A DNA stretch of 64,000 nt from Patescibacteria group bacterium (GCA_018829965.1 JAHJTG010000016.1:29537-93536), one strand, 5' to 3'. Shown: positions 23,373 to 32,380, numbered from the stretch's first letter. Numbers and translations are program-made. The notes: generated by a model not told the origin, from the sequence alone.

Positions 23373-25052
23373 TTAATCGTCTGAATAGTCTTGCGGTATC
23401 TGCCAATAGTTTAAAACATATTGAGCTAATTTTGAAAATATTGGAGCAGCTGATAAACTTGAGCTTCTGCTTGTAGGATTATCTAATTTTATCAATGCAA
23501 CGAATCTTGGATTCAAAGCTGGAGCAAACCCAACAAAGCTGTGAATGGTTTTATCTGGATAATAACCAGCTTTATCTTCGTAAGCTATTTGAGCTGTTCC
23601 TGTTTTCCCTGCGATATAGTAGCCGGGGACTTTTGCTCGTCCAGCGACACCATTATCAACCACGCTGATTAACATTGTTGTTAACTGGGAAGCAGTGCTC
23701 TGATTGATTACTTCCCTCAAAACCTTTGGTGAAGTTTGAAGCTCTTCTCTTTGATTGTTTACAATTTTCTCTACTATGTATGGTTTTACTAACTTTCCCC
23801 CATTAGCGAAAACACAAAAAGCTCTGATGAACTGAATTGGGGTCATTTCAATACCCTGGCCAAAACTTGCAGTAGCAAAATTAATTTCTTTTCCGTTTCT
23901 TAAGTTTTGATTCTTAGAATAAACCTCACCCTGTAAATCAATACCTGTTTTTTCTCCAAAACCGAATTTATCAATATAGTCTAGATAAACATCGTGGGAA
24001 ATTAGTTTTGAAACAAAGATAGCTCCTGTATTAAGGGATTTCTCTAAAACCCCTGTCATTGTTTGCTCCCCGTATTTCTTATCATCAAAATTACAAATAT
24101 TTCTTGTACCAATTTTTACACAACCCTCATCTATATAACTTGTTTCTGGAGTTACTTTTCCTTCGTTTAAAGCAATCGCCATAGTAATAGGTTTTAATAT
24201 AGAACCCAATTCAAAAATCTTTTGTACTACTGAGTTTTGAAATATTGCTAAATCTTTTTCTTTAGAATATTGATTCGGGTCAAAGCTGGGATAATTCGCA
24301 AGCGCTACAATTCTGCCTGTCTGCGGATCCATTACTATAATCTGACCGGAGTCAATATTAAAATCTTCTTTTGCTTTTTTTAATAAGCTTTCTGCTTCAA
24401 ATTGAATACTGTAATCAATTGTTAGATATAAATCAGAACCGTCTAAACTATTTACTTCAATGCTGGCAGGATTAAAAAAAACAGAACTGCGGGACCCTTC
24501 TGTGAAGCTTTTTTCTCCTTTTAAAATACTGTCGTAATATCCCTCTACGCCATACTGGCCGATTTGCTCTTCGCCTCCGACGAAACCAATCACCTGGGCA
24601 GCTATTTTTGTTTGAGGGTAATATCTACCTGGTTGGTTTTCTAAATGCACTCCTTTTAAACCCGCTCTCTTAATCTTTGCAACCTCGTCTTCTGTTAATT
24701 TGTTTTTAATCAATGTATAGGAGTCCCCTCTTTCAATCTTAGAAAGAATCTGTTTTGATGTGTCTCCGATAATTTCGCTTAAAGCATCTGCAGTCTCTTC
24801 TTTATTCTCAATCTCCTGAGGATTTATATATACTAACCACTTGTCGTTGTTTATAGCCAAACTCTTAGTTTTACCAGCAAAGAAAACTTCTCCTCTTTCT
24901 CCCTGAATCTCTTGGAAAATAGCTTGCTGGCCTAAAGCTTGAGCTTGATAGAACTTATGATTTAATATCTGGAGATAAAATAAGCGGCTAATAATAGCCA
25001 CTCCAAAAAGAACGATGAGTATGAAGATAAAATTAATTCGTCCGTTTCTCAT
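23373..25052 (-). CDS. ftsI: penicillin-binding protein 2/3 (FtsI-type transpeptidase)
   Basis: N-terminal TM, dimerisation domain, transpeptidase motifs S-x-x-K (GSILKP), SxN (SLNTG), KTGT. Confidence 0.9.
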   Translation of the reverse strand: MRNGRINFIFILIVLFGVAIISRLFYLQILNHKFYQAQALGQQAIFQEIQGERGEVFFAGKTKSLAINNDKWLVYINPQEIENKEETADALSEIIGDTSKQILSKIERGDSYTLIKNKLTEDEVAKIKRAGLKGVHLENQPGRYYPQTKIAAQVIGFVGGEEQIGQYGVEGYYDSILKGEKSFTEGSRSSVFFNPASIEVNSLDGSDLYLTIDYSIQFEAESLLKKAKEDFNIDSGQIIVMDPQTGRIVALANYPSFDPNQYSKEKDLAIFQNSVVQKIFELGSILKPITMAIALNEGKVTPETSYIDEGCVKIGTRNICNFDDKKYGEQTMTGVLEKSLNTGAIFVSKLISHDVYLDYIDKFGFGEKTGIDLQGEVYSKNQNLRNGKEINFATASFGQGIEMTPIQFIRAFCVFANGGKLVKPYIVEKIVNNQREELQTSPKVLREVINQSTASQLTTMLISVVDNGVAGRAKVPGYYIAGKTGTAQIAYEDKAGYYPDKTIHSFVGFAPALNPRFVALIKLDNPTSRSSSLSAAPIFSKLAQYVLNYWQIPQDYSDD

Positions 25053-25433
25053 TTACCTCTGGGCTAATGAACTATCTAGAATTTGGATGTATCCTATTCT
25101 TTTAACTTGAGTAAAGTTTAATTCTGCTGCCTTGCTTTGAATGTTTTCTAAATAACTGATTTGAGCAAGCCTTATTTCTAAATTCTTGTTTCCTTGAATG
25201 AGATTATCAACTTGCGCTTGATAGCTTTTAATCACATATCCCCCTCGAATCATTTCATTTATTTGGAAAACATACAAAACCGAAAAGAACAACACTCCGC
25301 AAAAACCAAACAACAAAAGAGCTTTCCAATTAATCTTCGGCAATCTAATTGTCGCCATTTTGGCGAGCCTCGCCATCGGGCGGGAAGATGCCTTTTGCAA
25401 AGAGAGTGTTTGAACTAATGCATGTGTTGTCAT
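25053..25433 (-). CDS. ftsL: FtsL-like cell-division protein (true start probably an internal Met)
   Basis: Single TM (ALLLFGFCGVLFFSVLYVF) followed by a coiled coil. Sits between rsmH and ftsI. Confidence 0.65.
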   Translation of the reverse strand: MTTHALVQTLSLQKASSRPMARLAKMATIRLPKINWKALLLFGFCGVLFFSVLYVFQINEMIRGGYVIKSYQAQVDNLIQGNKNLEIRLAQISYLENIQSKAAELNFTQVKRIGYIQILDSSLAQR

Positions 25434-25568
25434 AACTTTGAAAACTCTAAGTTCTAATTTCTAAATCCTAAATAATTTCAAAATTCAAATATCTAAATTA
25501 TAAACACTTTTGAACTTTGGGTTTTGAAATTGTAATTTATTTAGAGTTTAGGATTTGGGATTTAGAAT
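25434..25568. repeat. F4 inverted heptamer-array element, copy a
   Basis: (TCTAAnT)n ... taaataatttcaaaa / ttttgaaattgtaatttattta ... (AGGATTT/GGGATTT)n. Fills the rsmH-ftsL spacer and abuts the ftsL-ORF ATG. Confidence 0.8.
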
Positions 25569-26522
25569 TTATGTTTTAACTATTGCTCTTAATTTTGCTG
25601 ACCTTGAACGATTATTTGATTTAATTTCCTCTAATGAGGCTGTAATCGGCTTTTTTGTTAATATTTTTATTACGCCGTCTTTTGATTGGTCTCTAAAAAA
25701 GTTTTTAACGATTCTGTCTTCCAGAGAATGAAAGGAGATAACCACTAATCTTCCTCCGGGTTCTAACACCTCTATTGCTTGAGGTAAAACATTCTTCAAA
25801 TTCTCTAACTCCTGATTAACTGCGATTCTTAATGCTTGGAATGTTCTTGTTGCAAAATGGATTCTTCCTCTTTCATATCCTCTCGGTACTGCTTTTTTAA
25901 TAACTTCTATCAAGTCAGTTGTTGTTTCAAGTTTTTTTACCCTTCGAGCTTCTACGATCGCTTTAGCGATTCTTCTTGATAATCTTTCCTCCCCGTATTC
26001 TCTCAAGATTGCTTCTATGTCGTTCTCTCTCCAGCTGTTTACTATCTGCCTTGCAGTCAGCTCGTTATCCTTTAAATAACGCATATCAAGCGGTTCATTT
26101 TTCATAAAGGCGAATCCCCTGCCTGAATCGTCTAGGTGCCAACTAGACATTCCTAGATCCAGTAAAATCCCATTTACCCCGTTAGAGGTTTGTCCCCCTT
26201 GTTCATCTTGTTCCCCTTCCGAGCCTCCTTGACCTCTAACTGGGCGAGCTGACCCGAAGTTATTATCTCGGATAATTTCTTTTAAATTTGTATAAGAACC
26301 AACAACAAGAATGATTCGATTCTTGTAATTTTCAATTTCCAATTTACAATTTTCAATTTGTTGACTATCTAAATCGATTCCTAAAAGTTTTCCATTCGGA
26401 CCGCTTCTCTCTAATATCGCAATCGCATGACCGCCTTCGCCTATTGTGCAATCAATAAAGTTTTCATTGCTCTTTGGATTTAAATATTCAAGGACTTCTT
26501 TTGGCAGAACGGGTATATGCAT
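25569..26522 (-). CDS. rsmH: 16S rRNA m4C1402 methyltransferase RsmH with in-frame F3-like insertion
   Basis: MHIPVL, DCTIGEGGH, ILLDLGMSS, RGFAFMKNEPLDMR, SFHSLEDRIVK. About 25 extra residues come from 26177-26244. Confidence 0.92.
   Translation of the reverse strand: MHIPVLPKEVLEYLNPKSNENFIDCTIGEGGHAIAILERSGPNGKLLGIDLDSQQIENCKLEIENYKNRIILVVGSYTNLKEIIRDNNFGSARPVRGQGGSEGEQDEQGGQTSNGVNGILLDLGMSSWHLDDSGRGFAFMKNEPLDMRYLKDNELTARQIVNSWRENDIEAILREYGEERLSRRIAKAIVEARRVKKLETTTDLIEVIKKAVPRGYERGRIHFATRTFQALRIAVNQELENLKNVLPQAIEVLEPGGRLVVISFHSLEDRIVKNFFRDQSKDGVIKILTKKPITASLEEIKSNNRSRSAKLRAIVKT
26177..26244. mobile_element. F3-related short inverted-repeat element inside rsmH
   Basis: Left end ccccgttagaggtttg versus F3b ctccgttagaagtttgc. 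Right end acctctaactggg versus F3 acttctaacgggg. GC-rich interior, translated in frame. Confidence 0.65.
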
Positions 26523-26523
26523 T

Positions 26524-26940
26524 TTATTTCGCTTTCTCGCTTTTATTCATATTTTCATCCTGTTTGGTTATATAACTATTCCATCTTTTTGCGTCCCAGA
26601 CTTCTAATTCTTTATTTAATCCGCAAATTACTACTTCTTTCTCTAAACCAGCGTATTTTTTTAAATAATCTGGAATAAGAATTCTGCCTAATTTATCAAA
26701 GCTGACCTCCATAGCGCCGGCAAGAATAACTCTGGCAAAACCGCGTGCTTCTGGTTCGGTAATCGGGAGTCCGCCTAATTTCTTCAACATATCCTGCCAG
26801 CTCTTTTTGGTATAAACAACTAAACACTTAGTTATGCCCTTGGTGATTATAACTCTTACTCCAAGTTCGCCTCTAAACTTAGCGGGCATAGCTAATCTTT
26901 TTTTAACGTCAATTTTATATCTATATTCACCAGTAAACAT
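26524..26940 (-). CDS. mraZ: transcriptional regulator MraZ
   Basis: MFTGEY.YKID.K.R..MP.KFR, two SpoVT/AbrB-like halves. First gene of the dcw cluster. Confidence 0.93.
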   Translation of the reverse strand: MFTGEYRYKIDVKKRLAMPAKFRGELGVRVIITKGITKCLVVYTKKSWQDMLKKLGGLPITEPEARGFARVILAGAMEVSFDKLGRILIPDYLKKYAGLEKEVVICGLNKELEVWDAKRWNSYITKQDENMNKSEKAK

Positions 26941-26981
26941 ACGAATAATTTTTAAATAATTTCTTAATGGCTCAAATTTTA

Positions 26982-27201
26982 AACTGTTAAGTGAGGCGAC
27001 GAGTTTAAAAGTAAATTTCGCAGGCTCAATCTTTCAGTTAAGCGAGGCAATAATGTATGCGGGTGCACTTCGGAGCCAAGCTGTAAATGAGGACTCGGAA
27101 TAATATTGCCTACGTGCTTGGCGAGAAATAGGCGCGGCGGAGGAATAAATCTATTTTGGCTTAAGCCGACGCCGTGCTCCCGCATATATTATTGCCGAGT
27201 G
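26982..27201 (-). repeat. F1 composite: truncated arm of copy-a type plus a full copy nearly identical to copy e
   Basis: aactgttaagtgaggcgacgagtttaaaagtaaatttcgcagg (compare 5589-5630), then agttaagcgagg-[ggcaataatgtatgcggg ... cccgcatatattattgcc]-gagtg. About 100 nt match 44305-44425. Confidence 0.85.
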
Positions 27202-27202
27202 T

Positions 27203-27352
27203 TATCCACAGGTTAATTAGGTTCTCCCACACTTATCCACTATTATCCACTACATATCCTTTATACCCCACTTTATAGGATTGGGTCAACACTTATAAAC
27301 CCAAGCTCATTTCCCTAGGGAAAACACTTATTTCTCCACAGGAAATCCACTA
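27203..27352 (-). promoter_or_regulatory. array of seven GTGG(A/G) boxes in helical phase upstream of mraZ (candidate MraZ operator; also DnaA-box-like)
   Basis: CCAC cores on the plus strand at 27206, 27227, 27237, 27247, 27268, 27336 and 27347 (spacings 21, 10, 10, 21, -, 11). Includes TTATCCACA, TTATCCACT x2 and TTCTCCACA. Confidence 0.55.
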
Positions 27353-27380
27353 TTGAATAAATTGTGATTCCCTTTTTCAG

Positions 27381-27416
27381 CAAAACTAAAAAACCAGCCT
27401 CATCGGACTGGTTTTC
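27381..27416 (-). terminator. putative rho-independent terminator
   Basis: Minus strand: AAAACCAGtccgatgaggCTGGTTTTttagtttt, downstream of the 27438 stop. Confidence 0.5.
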
Positions 27417-27437
27417 TAAAACCTTGTTTCTTTTAGA

Positions 27438-28970
27438 CTAAGGACATTTGTATATTTTGCCAGAACAATATCCTTTATTCCCAGGATTAATTGTAGTCTC
27501 ATGGCTTGCTCCTAAAATATCCATACAGAAATATCTTACCTCATCAACACATTTTAAACCTGGAGAACATTCCATGGCTGAATCTGAAATTAAAGACGGC
27601 AACTTCACATAGGCACAATAATAATTCTTAGATTTATTAATAATTACTTCATTGCCACTAATTGCCTTTATCTCGTCGCAATAAGGTTTTATGCTATCGT
27701 TCTGACAAGAAACATTAGTGTAAGCACCATCTTTCATATACATTAAATTCATTTCGTTATTTAATTCAGCCATACTGCTTTCAATTTTTAAGTTCCTATA
27801 CTGCGGAAACGCTTCTTCAAATTCTTTAAAGATTACTGGCGCCTCGACTGCTATTGGCTGATCAAACTTTGAATTAGTTATTTCAATACCTAAACCAACC
27901 ACTCCTTCTTGATCGCCAGTAATCTTAGCAAGGTCTATGCTTTTGTCTAACTTGAATCCATAAAGAAAATTATCCTTCATGCCTATTGAAAGCTCAGCAT
28001 TAATCTCTCCTATCTTATTTAAAAACTCTGAAACCATCCCTTCTATTGCGCCATCAGGTAATGACGTTAATGATTCCTGGCCATATTGCTTCATTGCCTC
28101 GCTTGCTAAAGCTTCTACTAAACTCGCTACCTTGTTATTATCCAACGCAACTAAATAGTGATACATTTTTTGACCACCGATTATTTGATTAGATAATTGC
28201 TTTTTTACAGCATAGAATTTGTTTTCAGATAATATTCTTTTGATTTGCTCGGCAAGAACGGCTCTTTGAGCGTTGTCATTTTGCAGAAATTGATTATACG
28301 AAAATTGGGTGATTGGAATTTTAATCCAACTCCCTATTACACTGTTTAAATCAATCCCCATCATCATTAAAAGTGGCTCTACAGAAGGGGCATTAACTTC
28401 CCCGATATTAAAATATCCTTCGCTAAGACTAACCATTTTCACATTAAACTTTGCTGAATTGACTGTTACCGAAGCCCCGACTCCATTAATCAATGATATT
28501 CCATAATCTCCTTGTATTCTCGGGTTGTTTACATCCTTATCCCAATCACCACTAAAAGTAATTGTCGCTGCCATAGAATCCTGACTATTTACATCTAAAT
28601 CTATCTTTGCTTCAGAATGAGCTGATTTTATCGCTATCATCTTCTCCATCATTAAAGCTGTAATCTTTTCCGGATCAGGCCTGAAAGGATTCCAAACAGG
28701 ATCCCAGATTCTCATGGCTAAAGATGTCCCAACGCCAACAATTGCTAATACTATTACAGCAATTATGACCTTAATCAAAATACCTGATTTTTTCCCTGGC
28801 TGTGGCTGTTTAAGCCCAATAGATGAAGAAGGAATTGGAGTTGGAACGGGAGGCGGAGTTGGAATTGGATTAGGATGTGGAGGCGGTGGAGTGGGACGAG
28901 GAGGAATTGGATTTAGTTTAGGGGACATCATTGTTCCCCCACTGATTGGTTGGCCTGGTATTTGTTCCAT
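27438..28970 (-). CDS. hypothetical membrane-anchored surface protein (Pro-rich N-terminus, Cys-rich C-terminus)
   Basis: N-terminal PIPPRPTPPPPHPNPIPTPPPVPTPIP, one TM (ILIKVIIAVIVLAIVGVGT), large extracytoplasmic region. The last approx. 95 aa contain 10 Cys. Confidence 0.6.
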   Translation of the reverse strand: MEQIPGQPISGGTMMSPKLNPIPPRPTPPPPHPNPIPTPPPVPTPIPSSSIGLKQPQPGKKSGILIKVIIAVIVLAIVGVGTSLAMRIWDPVWNPFRPDPEKITALMMEKMIAIKSAHSEAKIDLDVNSQDSMAATITFSGDWDKDVNNPRIQGDYGISLINGVGASVTVNSAKFNVKMVSLSEGYFNIGEVNAPSVEPLLMMMGIDLNSVIGSWIKIPITQFSYNQFLQNDNAQRAVLAEQIKRILSENKFYAVKKQLSNQIIGGQKMYHYLVALDNNKVASLVEALASEAMKQYGQESLTSLPDGAIEGMVSEFLNKIGEINAELSIGMKDNFLYGFKLDKSIDLAKITGDQEGVVGLGIEITNSKFDQPIAVEAPVIFKEFEEAFPQYRNLKIESSMAELNNEMNLMYMKDGAYTNVSCQNDSIKPYCDEIKAISGNEVIINKSKNYYCAYVKLPSLISDSAMECSPGLKCVDEVRYFCMDILGASHETTINPGNKGYCSGKIYKCP

Positions 28971-28986
28971 ATGTTTTTATATTTTA

Positions 28987-31632
28987 TTAATTTATTTTCT
29001 TTTTAGTTTTTTCTTCCCCTGCCCGCAATGCTTCCGGCCTGCCCGCAGTTTCTACAGCGTTGCAGGCGGGCATAGCCGATGCAGGCGGGTCTATTTTTAC
29101 TAATTCAAATTTTTCTGGAGAAATTTCAAATCTATCTCCTCTTTTAAGATTATCTGATAAAAGAGCTTGAGCAACTGTGCTCTCAATATTATTCTGAATA
29201 ACTCTTCTCATTTCTCTTGCCCCAAAAGCTGGCTTGTAAGATAGTTCAACAACTTTTTCTTTCAATGATTCTGTAATTATAAAGTCTACGTTTTTTTCCT
29301 TTAAGCTCTTTTTCAAAGATGCCAGCATTAATTGGGAAATATCTAAAAGATTATCTTTTGTCAAAGGTTTGAAAATAACAACTGCGTCAAAACGATTGAT
29401 AAACTCTGGCCTGAATATTCCTTTATTAAATAAACTGCTTAAAAGTTTTTCTTTATCGATCGGCTCGTTTTTTCCAGTCGCTTCAAATATCACTTCTGAG
29501 CCAGCGTTAGAAGTACATATAATAATAGTGCTGGTAAACACGGTTTTTCTTCCTTGACCATCGGTTATATTGCCTTCGTCTAAAACCTGCAAGAATAAAT
29601 TTAAAATATTTGGATGAGCTTTTTCAATTTCATCTATCAGCAATAAAGAAAATGGCTTTTCTCTCACTGGCGTAGTTAATAACCCCTCTTCTCCTCTGAC
29701 TCCCAACAAACGAGGGATATCGGCAATAGCTTGGAATTCTGACATATCCAGTCTTATCATCCTTTCTTCCCCGCCAAAATAGATTTGGGCTAGTGCTTTT
29801 GAGGTTTCTGTTTTACCAACGCCAGTAGGACCCAAGAACAAGAAAGATCCTATCGGCCTTTTTTTAGATCCAATCCCCGCTCTTGCCCTCCTCATTGCGA
29901 TGGAAATTTCTTTTACTGCTTCTTCTTGGTTAATAATTCTAACGTGAATTAACTTTTCTAAATTAAGTAAAGTCTTTTTCTCTTCAACCTCAATTTTACC
30001 AACAGGAATTTCTGTTTTTGTAGAAATAACTTTTGCTACATGCTCTGGCAAAACTACTTTTTCTTTGGCAGACCTAGCTACATAAACTGCAACGTCTTGC
30101 AATAAATCAATTGCTTTTTTAGGGAACGGCTGATTCGGAATATATCGAGCAGATAAAGAAACCAATTCTCTTATTGCAGGATAGGTTATAAAAATCTTGT
30201 ATTTTCGCTCTAATTCTAAGGCTAAGTTTTGAAGAATTCTAATCGTTTCTTGCTCTGAAACTTCTGAAATTTCTATTTTTCCAAACATTTCTAACAAAGA
30301 AGGATTATTTTCTAGTCTGGTGTGAAGCCCGCTATAATCAGTTGTTGCCACAAACCTGAATTCTGGAGCTTTTAGATATTTTCCAATAACACCAGAAATA
30401 TCAACCATGCCGGGTTGATTTACTTCAATCCCTATATAGTTGTGAAATTCTTTAATAACTAAAACTATATTCCCTGCCGTAACAACCTCTTGGAAGATTC
30501 TATCTAATGTATTTTCCACTTCTTCGGGATTATTAATCCTGGAAAGCAAGGCTGTCATATCCAGTTCCACCACTCTGTAATAATTTAGTTCGGGAAGACT
30601 TTTTCCCAAACAGGTTTTTTTAGCCAATCCTTCAATAATACTTTCTCTGCCAGCTCCTGGGTCTCCAATAATCAGAACATTTTTAAGGCCTGATTTAGCT
30701 AAAGCCATTTGGACTTGCTCTATTTCTTTTTCATGACCAATAATAGCTTTAAAAAGCCACTTTCTAATATTCTTTGTCCAATCAATAGAATATTGGTCTA
30801 AGATAATTGTGTACCCCGACGCCCAATCTTTACCCATAGAACCATAGACAGACAAGTTTTCTTTTTTCCAAAACTTTCTATTTTCTTCTATTTTTCTATC
30901 AAGATAATCAAACCATAAGGTAAGGTTTTCAAAATCTTCTGTCTTAAGATTTGCATCAATTAATATTTGTTCAAAAAATCCTGCGTGGGATATGCCAATT
31001 AAAATATCCATCTCTTCAATCCTTGTATGTTTACGCTCATTAGCCGTTTCCGCTGCTTGGAGTATGACTTTATTAAAATCTTCTGAATATAGTCCTATAG
31101 GGTTTTTGTCTCTTTTTGATTTTTCTAAAGAGTTTTTCAAATTATGTAATACATTTATTGGATCAAGCCCCATGCGCATAAAAATATAGCCTACCACTTT
31201 ACTCTTTTCTAAGGCCGCGTATAACAAAGCTGTTGCAGAAACTTCAGATATTTTTCTTTTCCGACAGAAATGAATAGCGCCTTCAATAATTTTAGCTGAC
31301 CCAAGAGTCAAAAATTCTGCTAAATTATAGTCCTCTGGATTTTTAATTGCATCTGCGAGATTAATTTTTAATTCTGGAGTTTTGAGCTTTATATTAAAAA
31401 ATAGACCGCTTTCCCAAAAGATAAGAAAAAGAAATAAAAATAAGACCGATATCTTTAAAGATATTGTTAAAGAAAGTGGGCCAAAAAGAGAAAAACCGAC
31501 AAAAGCGAGCGACAAAACAAACAATATTGAAAAGAAGTTTTTAAAAAACTTAGCAAACCTAAAAAGAGGAAACTTTTCCTGTTTTACCGCTCGAAATATT
31601 TTTGTTTCTTTTAAATTAAATTGTTGTGCCAT
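28987..31632 (-). CDS. membrane-anchored Clp/Hsp100-family AAA+ ATPase (ClpB/ClpC-like, degenerate first AAA domain)
   Basis: Start at MAQQFNL (31632), 2 nt after the upstream stop. Two or three N-terminal TM helices, Clp_N repeats, D1 with GDPGAGRES / VLVIKEFH (Walker A Lys and Walker B acid lost), D2 with GPTGVGKTE / LLLIDEIEKAH. The C-terminal tail is encoded by GC palindromes. Confidence 0.8.
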   Translation of the reverse strand: MAQQFNLKETKIFRAVKQEKFPLFRFAKFFKNFFSILFVLSLAFVGFSLFGPLSLTISLKISVLFLFLFLIFWESGLFFNIKLKTPELKINLADAIKNPEDYNLAEFLTLGSAKIIEGAIHFCRKRKISEVSATALLYAALEKSKVVGYIFMRMGLDPINVLHNLKNSLEKSKRDKNPIGLYSEDFNKVILQAAETANERKHTRIEEMDILIGISHAGFFEQILIDANLKTEDFENLTLWFDYLDRKIEENRKFWKKENLSVYGSMGKDWASGYTIILDQYSIDWTKNIRKWLFKAIIGHEKEIEQVQMALAKSGLKNVLIIGDPGAGRESIIEGLAKKTCLGKSLPELNYYRVVELDMTALLSRINNPEEVENTLDRIFQEVVTAGNIVLVIKEFHNYIGIEVNQPGMVDISGVIGKYLKAPEFRFVATTDYSGLHTRLENNPSLLEMFGKIEISEVSEQETIRILQNLALELERKYKIFITYPAIRELVSLSARYIPNQPFPKKAIDLLQDVAVYVARSAKEKVVLPEHVAKVISTKTEIPVGKIEVEEKKTLLNLEKLIHVRIINQEEAVKEISIAMRRARAGIGSKKRPIGSFLFLGPTGVGKTETSKALAQIYFGGEERMIRLDMSEFQAIADIPRLLGVRGEEGLLTTPVREKPFSLLLIDEIEKAHPNILNLFLQVLDEGNITDGQGRKTVFTSTIIICTSNAGSEVIFEATGKNEPIDKEKLLSSLFNKGIFRPEFINRFDAVVIFKPLTKDNLLDISQLMLASLKKSLKEKNVDFIITESLKEKVVELSYKPAFGAREMRRVIQNNIESTVAQALLSDNLKRGDRFEISPEKFELVKIDPPASAMPACNAVETAGRPEALRAGEEKTKKKIN

Positions 31633-31634
31633 AT

Positions 31635-32015
31635 TTAAAGAATATTCAAAACAAATAATAAGCCGGCTAAAGAAAGCAGAGGTAGTAATAACCAACCTAC
31701 GAAAACAATTGCGCCGAAAAGAAAAACGCAGATCTGGAAGATGACCCCGACAATAATCAAAGTAATTCTGCAAATCGCCCCGATAAACCGTGAAAAGATA
31801 TTAGAGGTAATTGTTTCAAAATATCCCATAAGGTCAAACCCCCGAGGATATCCCCATTTGTATCTTCTCCAGGGAGAAAAAAGAGTTTTAAAAAGCAATG
31901 GAGTTGAAAAGAAATTTACGCTGAATTGAATATAGTTTTTCCAGACCTTTAACAAAAACTTCGGAGCTTCGTAAAAATGCCAAAAAAACCAGGAAATTAT
32001 AATATTATTTGACAT
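31635..32015 (-). CDS. hypothetical integral membrane protein
   Basis: 126 aa. Hydrophobic C-terminal half (ITLIIVGVIFQICVFLFGAIVFVGWLLLPLLSLAGLLFVL). Tightly packed with its neighbours. Confidence 0.5.
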   Translation of the reverse strand: MSNNIIISWFFWHFYEAPKFLLKVWKNYIQFSVNFFSTPLLFKTLFSPWRRYKWGYPRGFDLMGYFETITSNIFSRFIGAICRITLIIVGVIFQICVFLFGAIVFVGWLLLPLLSLAGLLFVLNIL

Positions 32016-32023
32016 AGATTTAT

Positions 32024-32380
32024 TTAACTGACTGGACTATTTTTAACAGCAACTAATTTAATACCCAAACCAGCGATTTTCCCGCCTCCTAATACTAAGA
32101 TTCCAACTAATATTGACCAGCTTATTAAATTCATAGTTTTTGGAAGCATGTCTGCTGGAAGTAAATCACCTATCTGATTTTTGATTATGTCTTCCATCAT
32201 TTTTTGCGGGTCTTGGGTATTAACGCTATTTGAAGAGGTTTTTGATACTAATGGGACAGGAAAAAGCTCGGGAACTTTTGATTCGCCGGTAAAGATTTTA
32301 TAAGAGGTGAAAAGAGTACACCCGATTATAACTAAACCGATTGCGAGAAGTGAGTAGCCTATGATTTTATTGTAATGCAT
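32024..32380 (-). CDS. hypothetical membrane protein (2 TM)
   Basis: 118 aa with N- and C-terminal hydrophobic helices. Confidence 0.5.
   Translation of the reverse strand: MHYNKIIGYSLLAIGLVIIGCTLFTSYKIFTGESKVPELFPVPLVSKTSSNSVNTQDPQKMMEDIIKNQIGDLLPADMLPKTMNLISWSILVGILVLGGGKIAGLGIKLVAVKNSPVS

Noticed and set aside
26979-27185. Track ORFs lying inside F1 repeats (26979-27185, 44312-44584, 6845-7159)
   Set aside because: They run through repeat copies whose stems differ between copies, so no peptide is conserved. They overlap structured hairpin DNA and real neighbouring genes.
27203-27352. Chromosomal replication origin on the basis of DnaA-box-like sequences
   Set aside because: All boxes point the same way at helical-turn spacing, directly upstream of mraZ. 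No dnaA/dnaN or AT-rich unwinding element is adjacent. An MraZ operator is the simpler reading, and the DnaA-binding possibility is kept only as an alternative in the findings.
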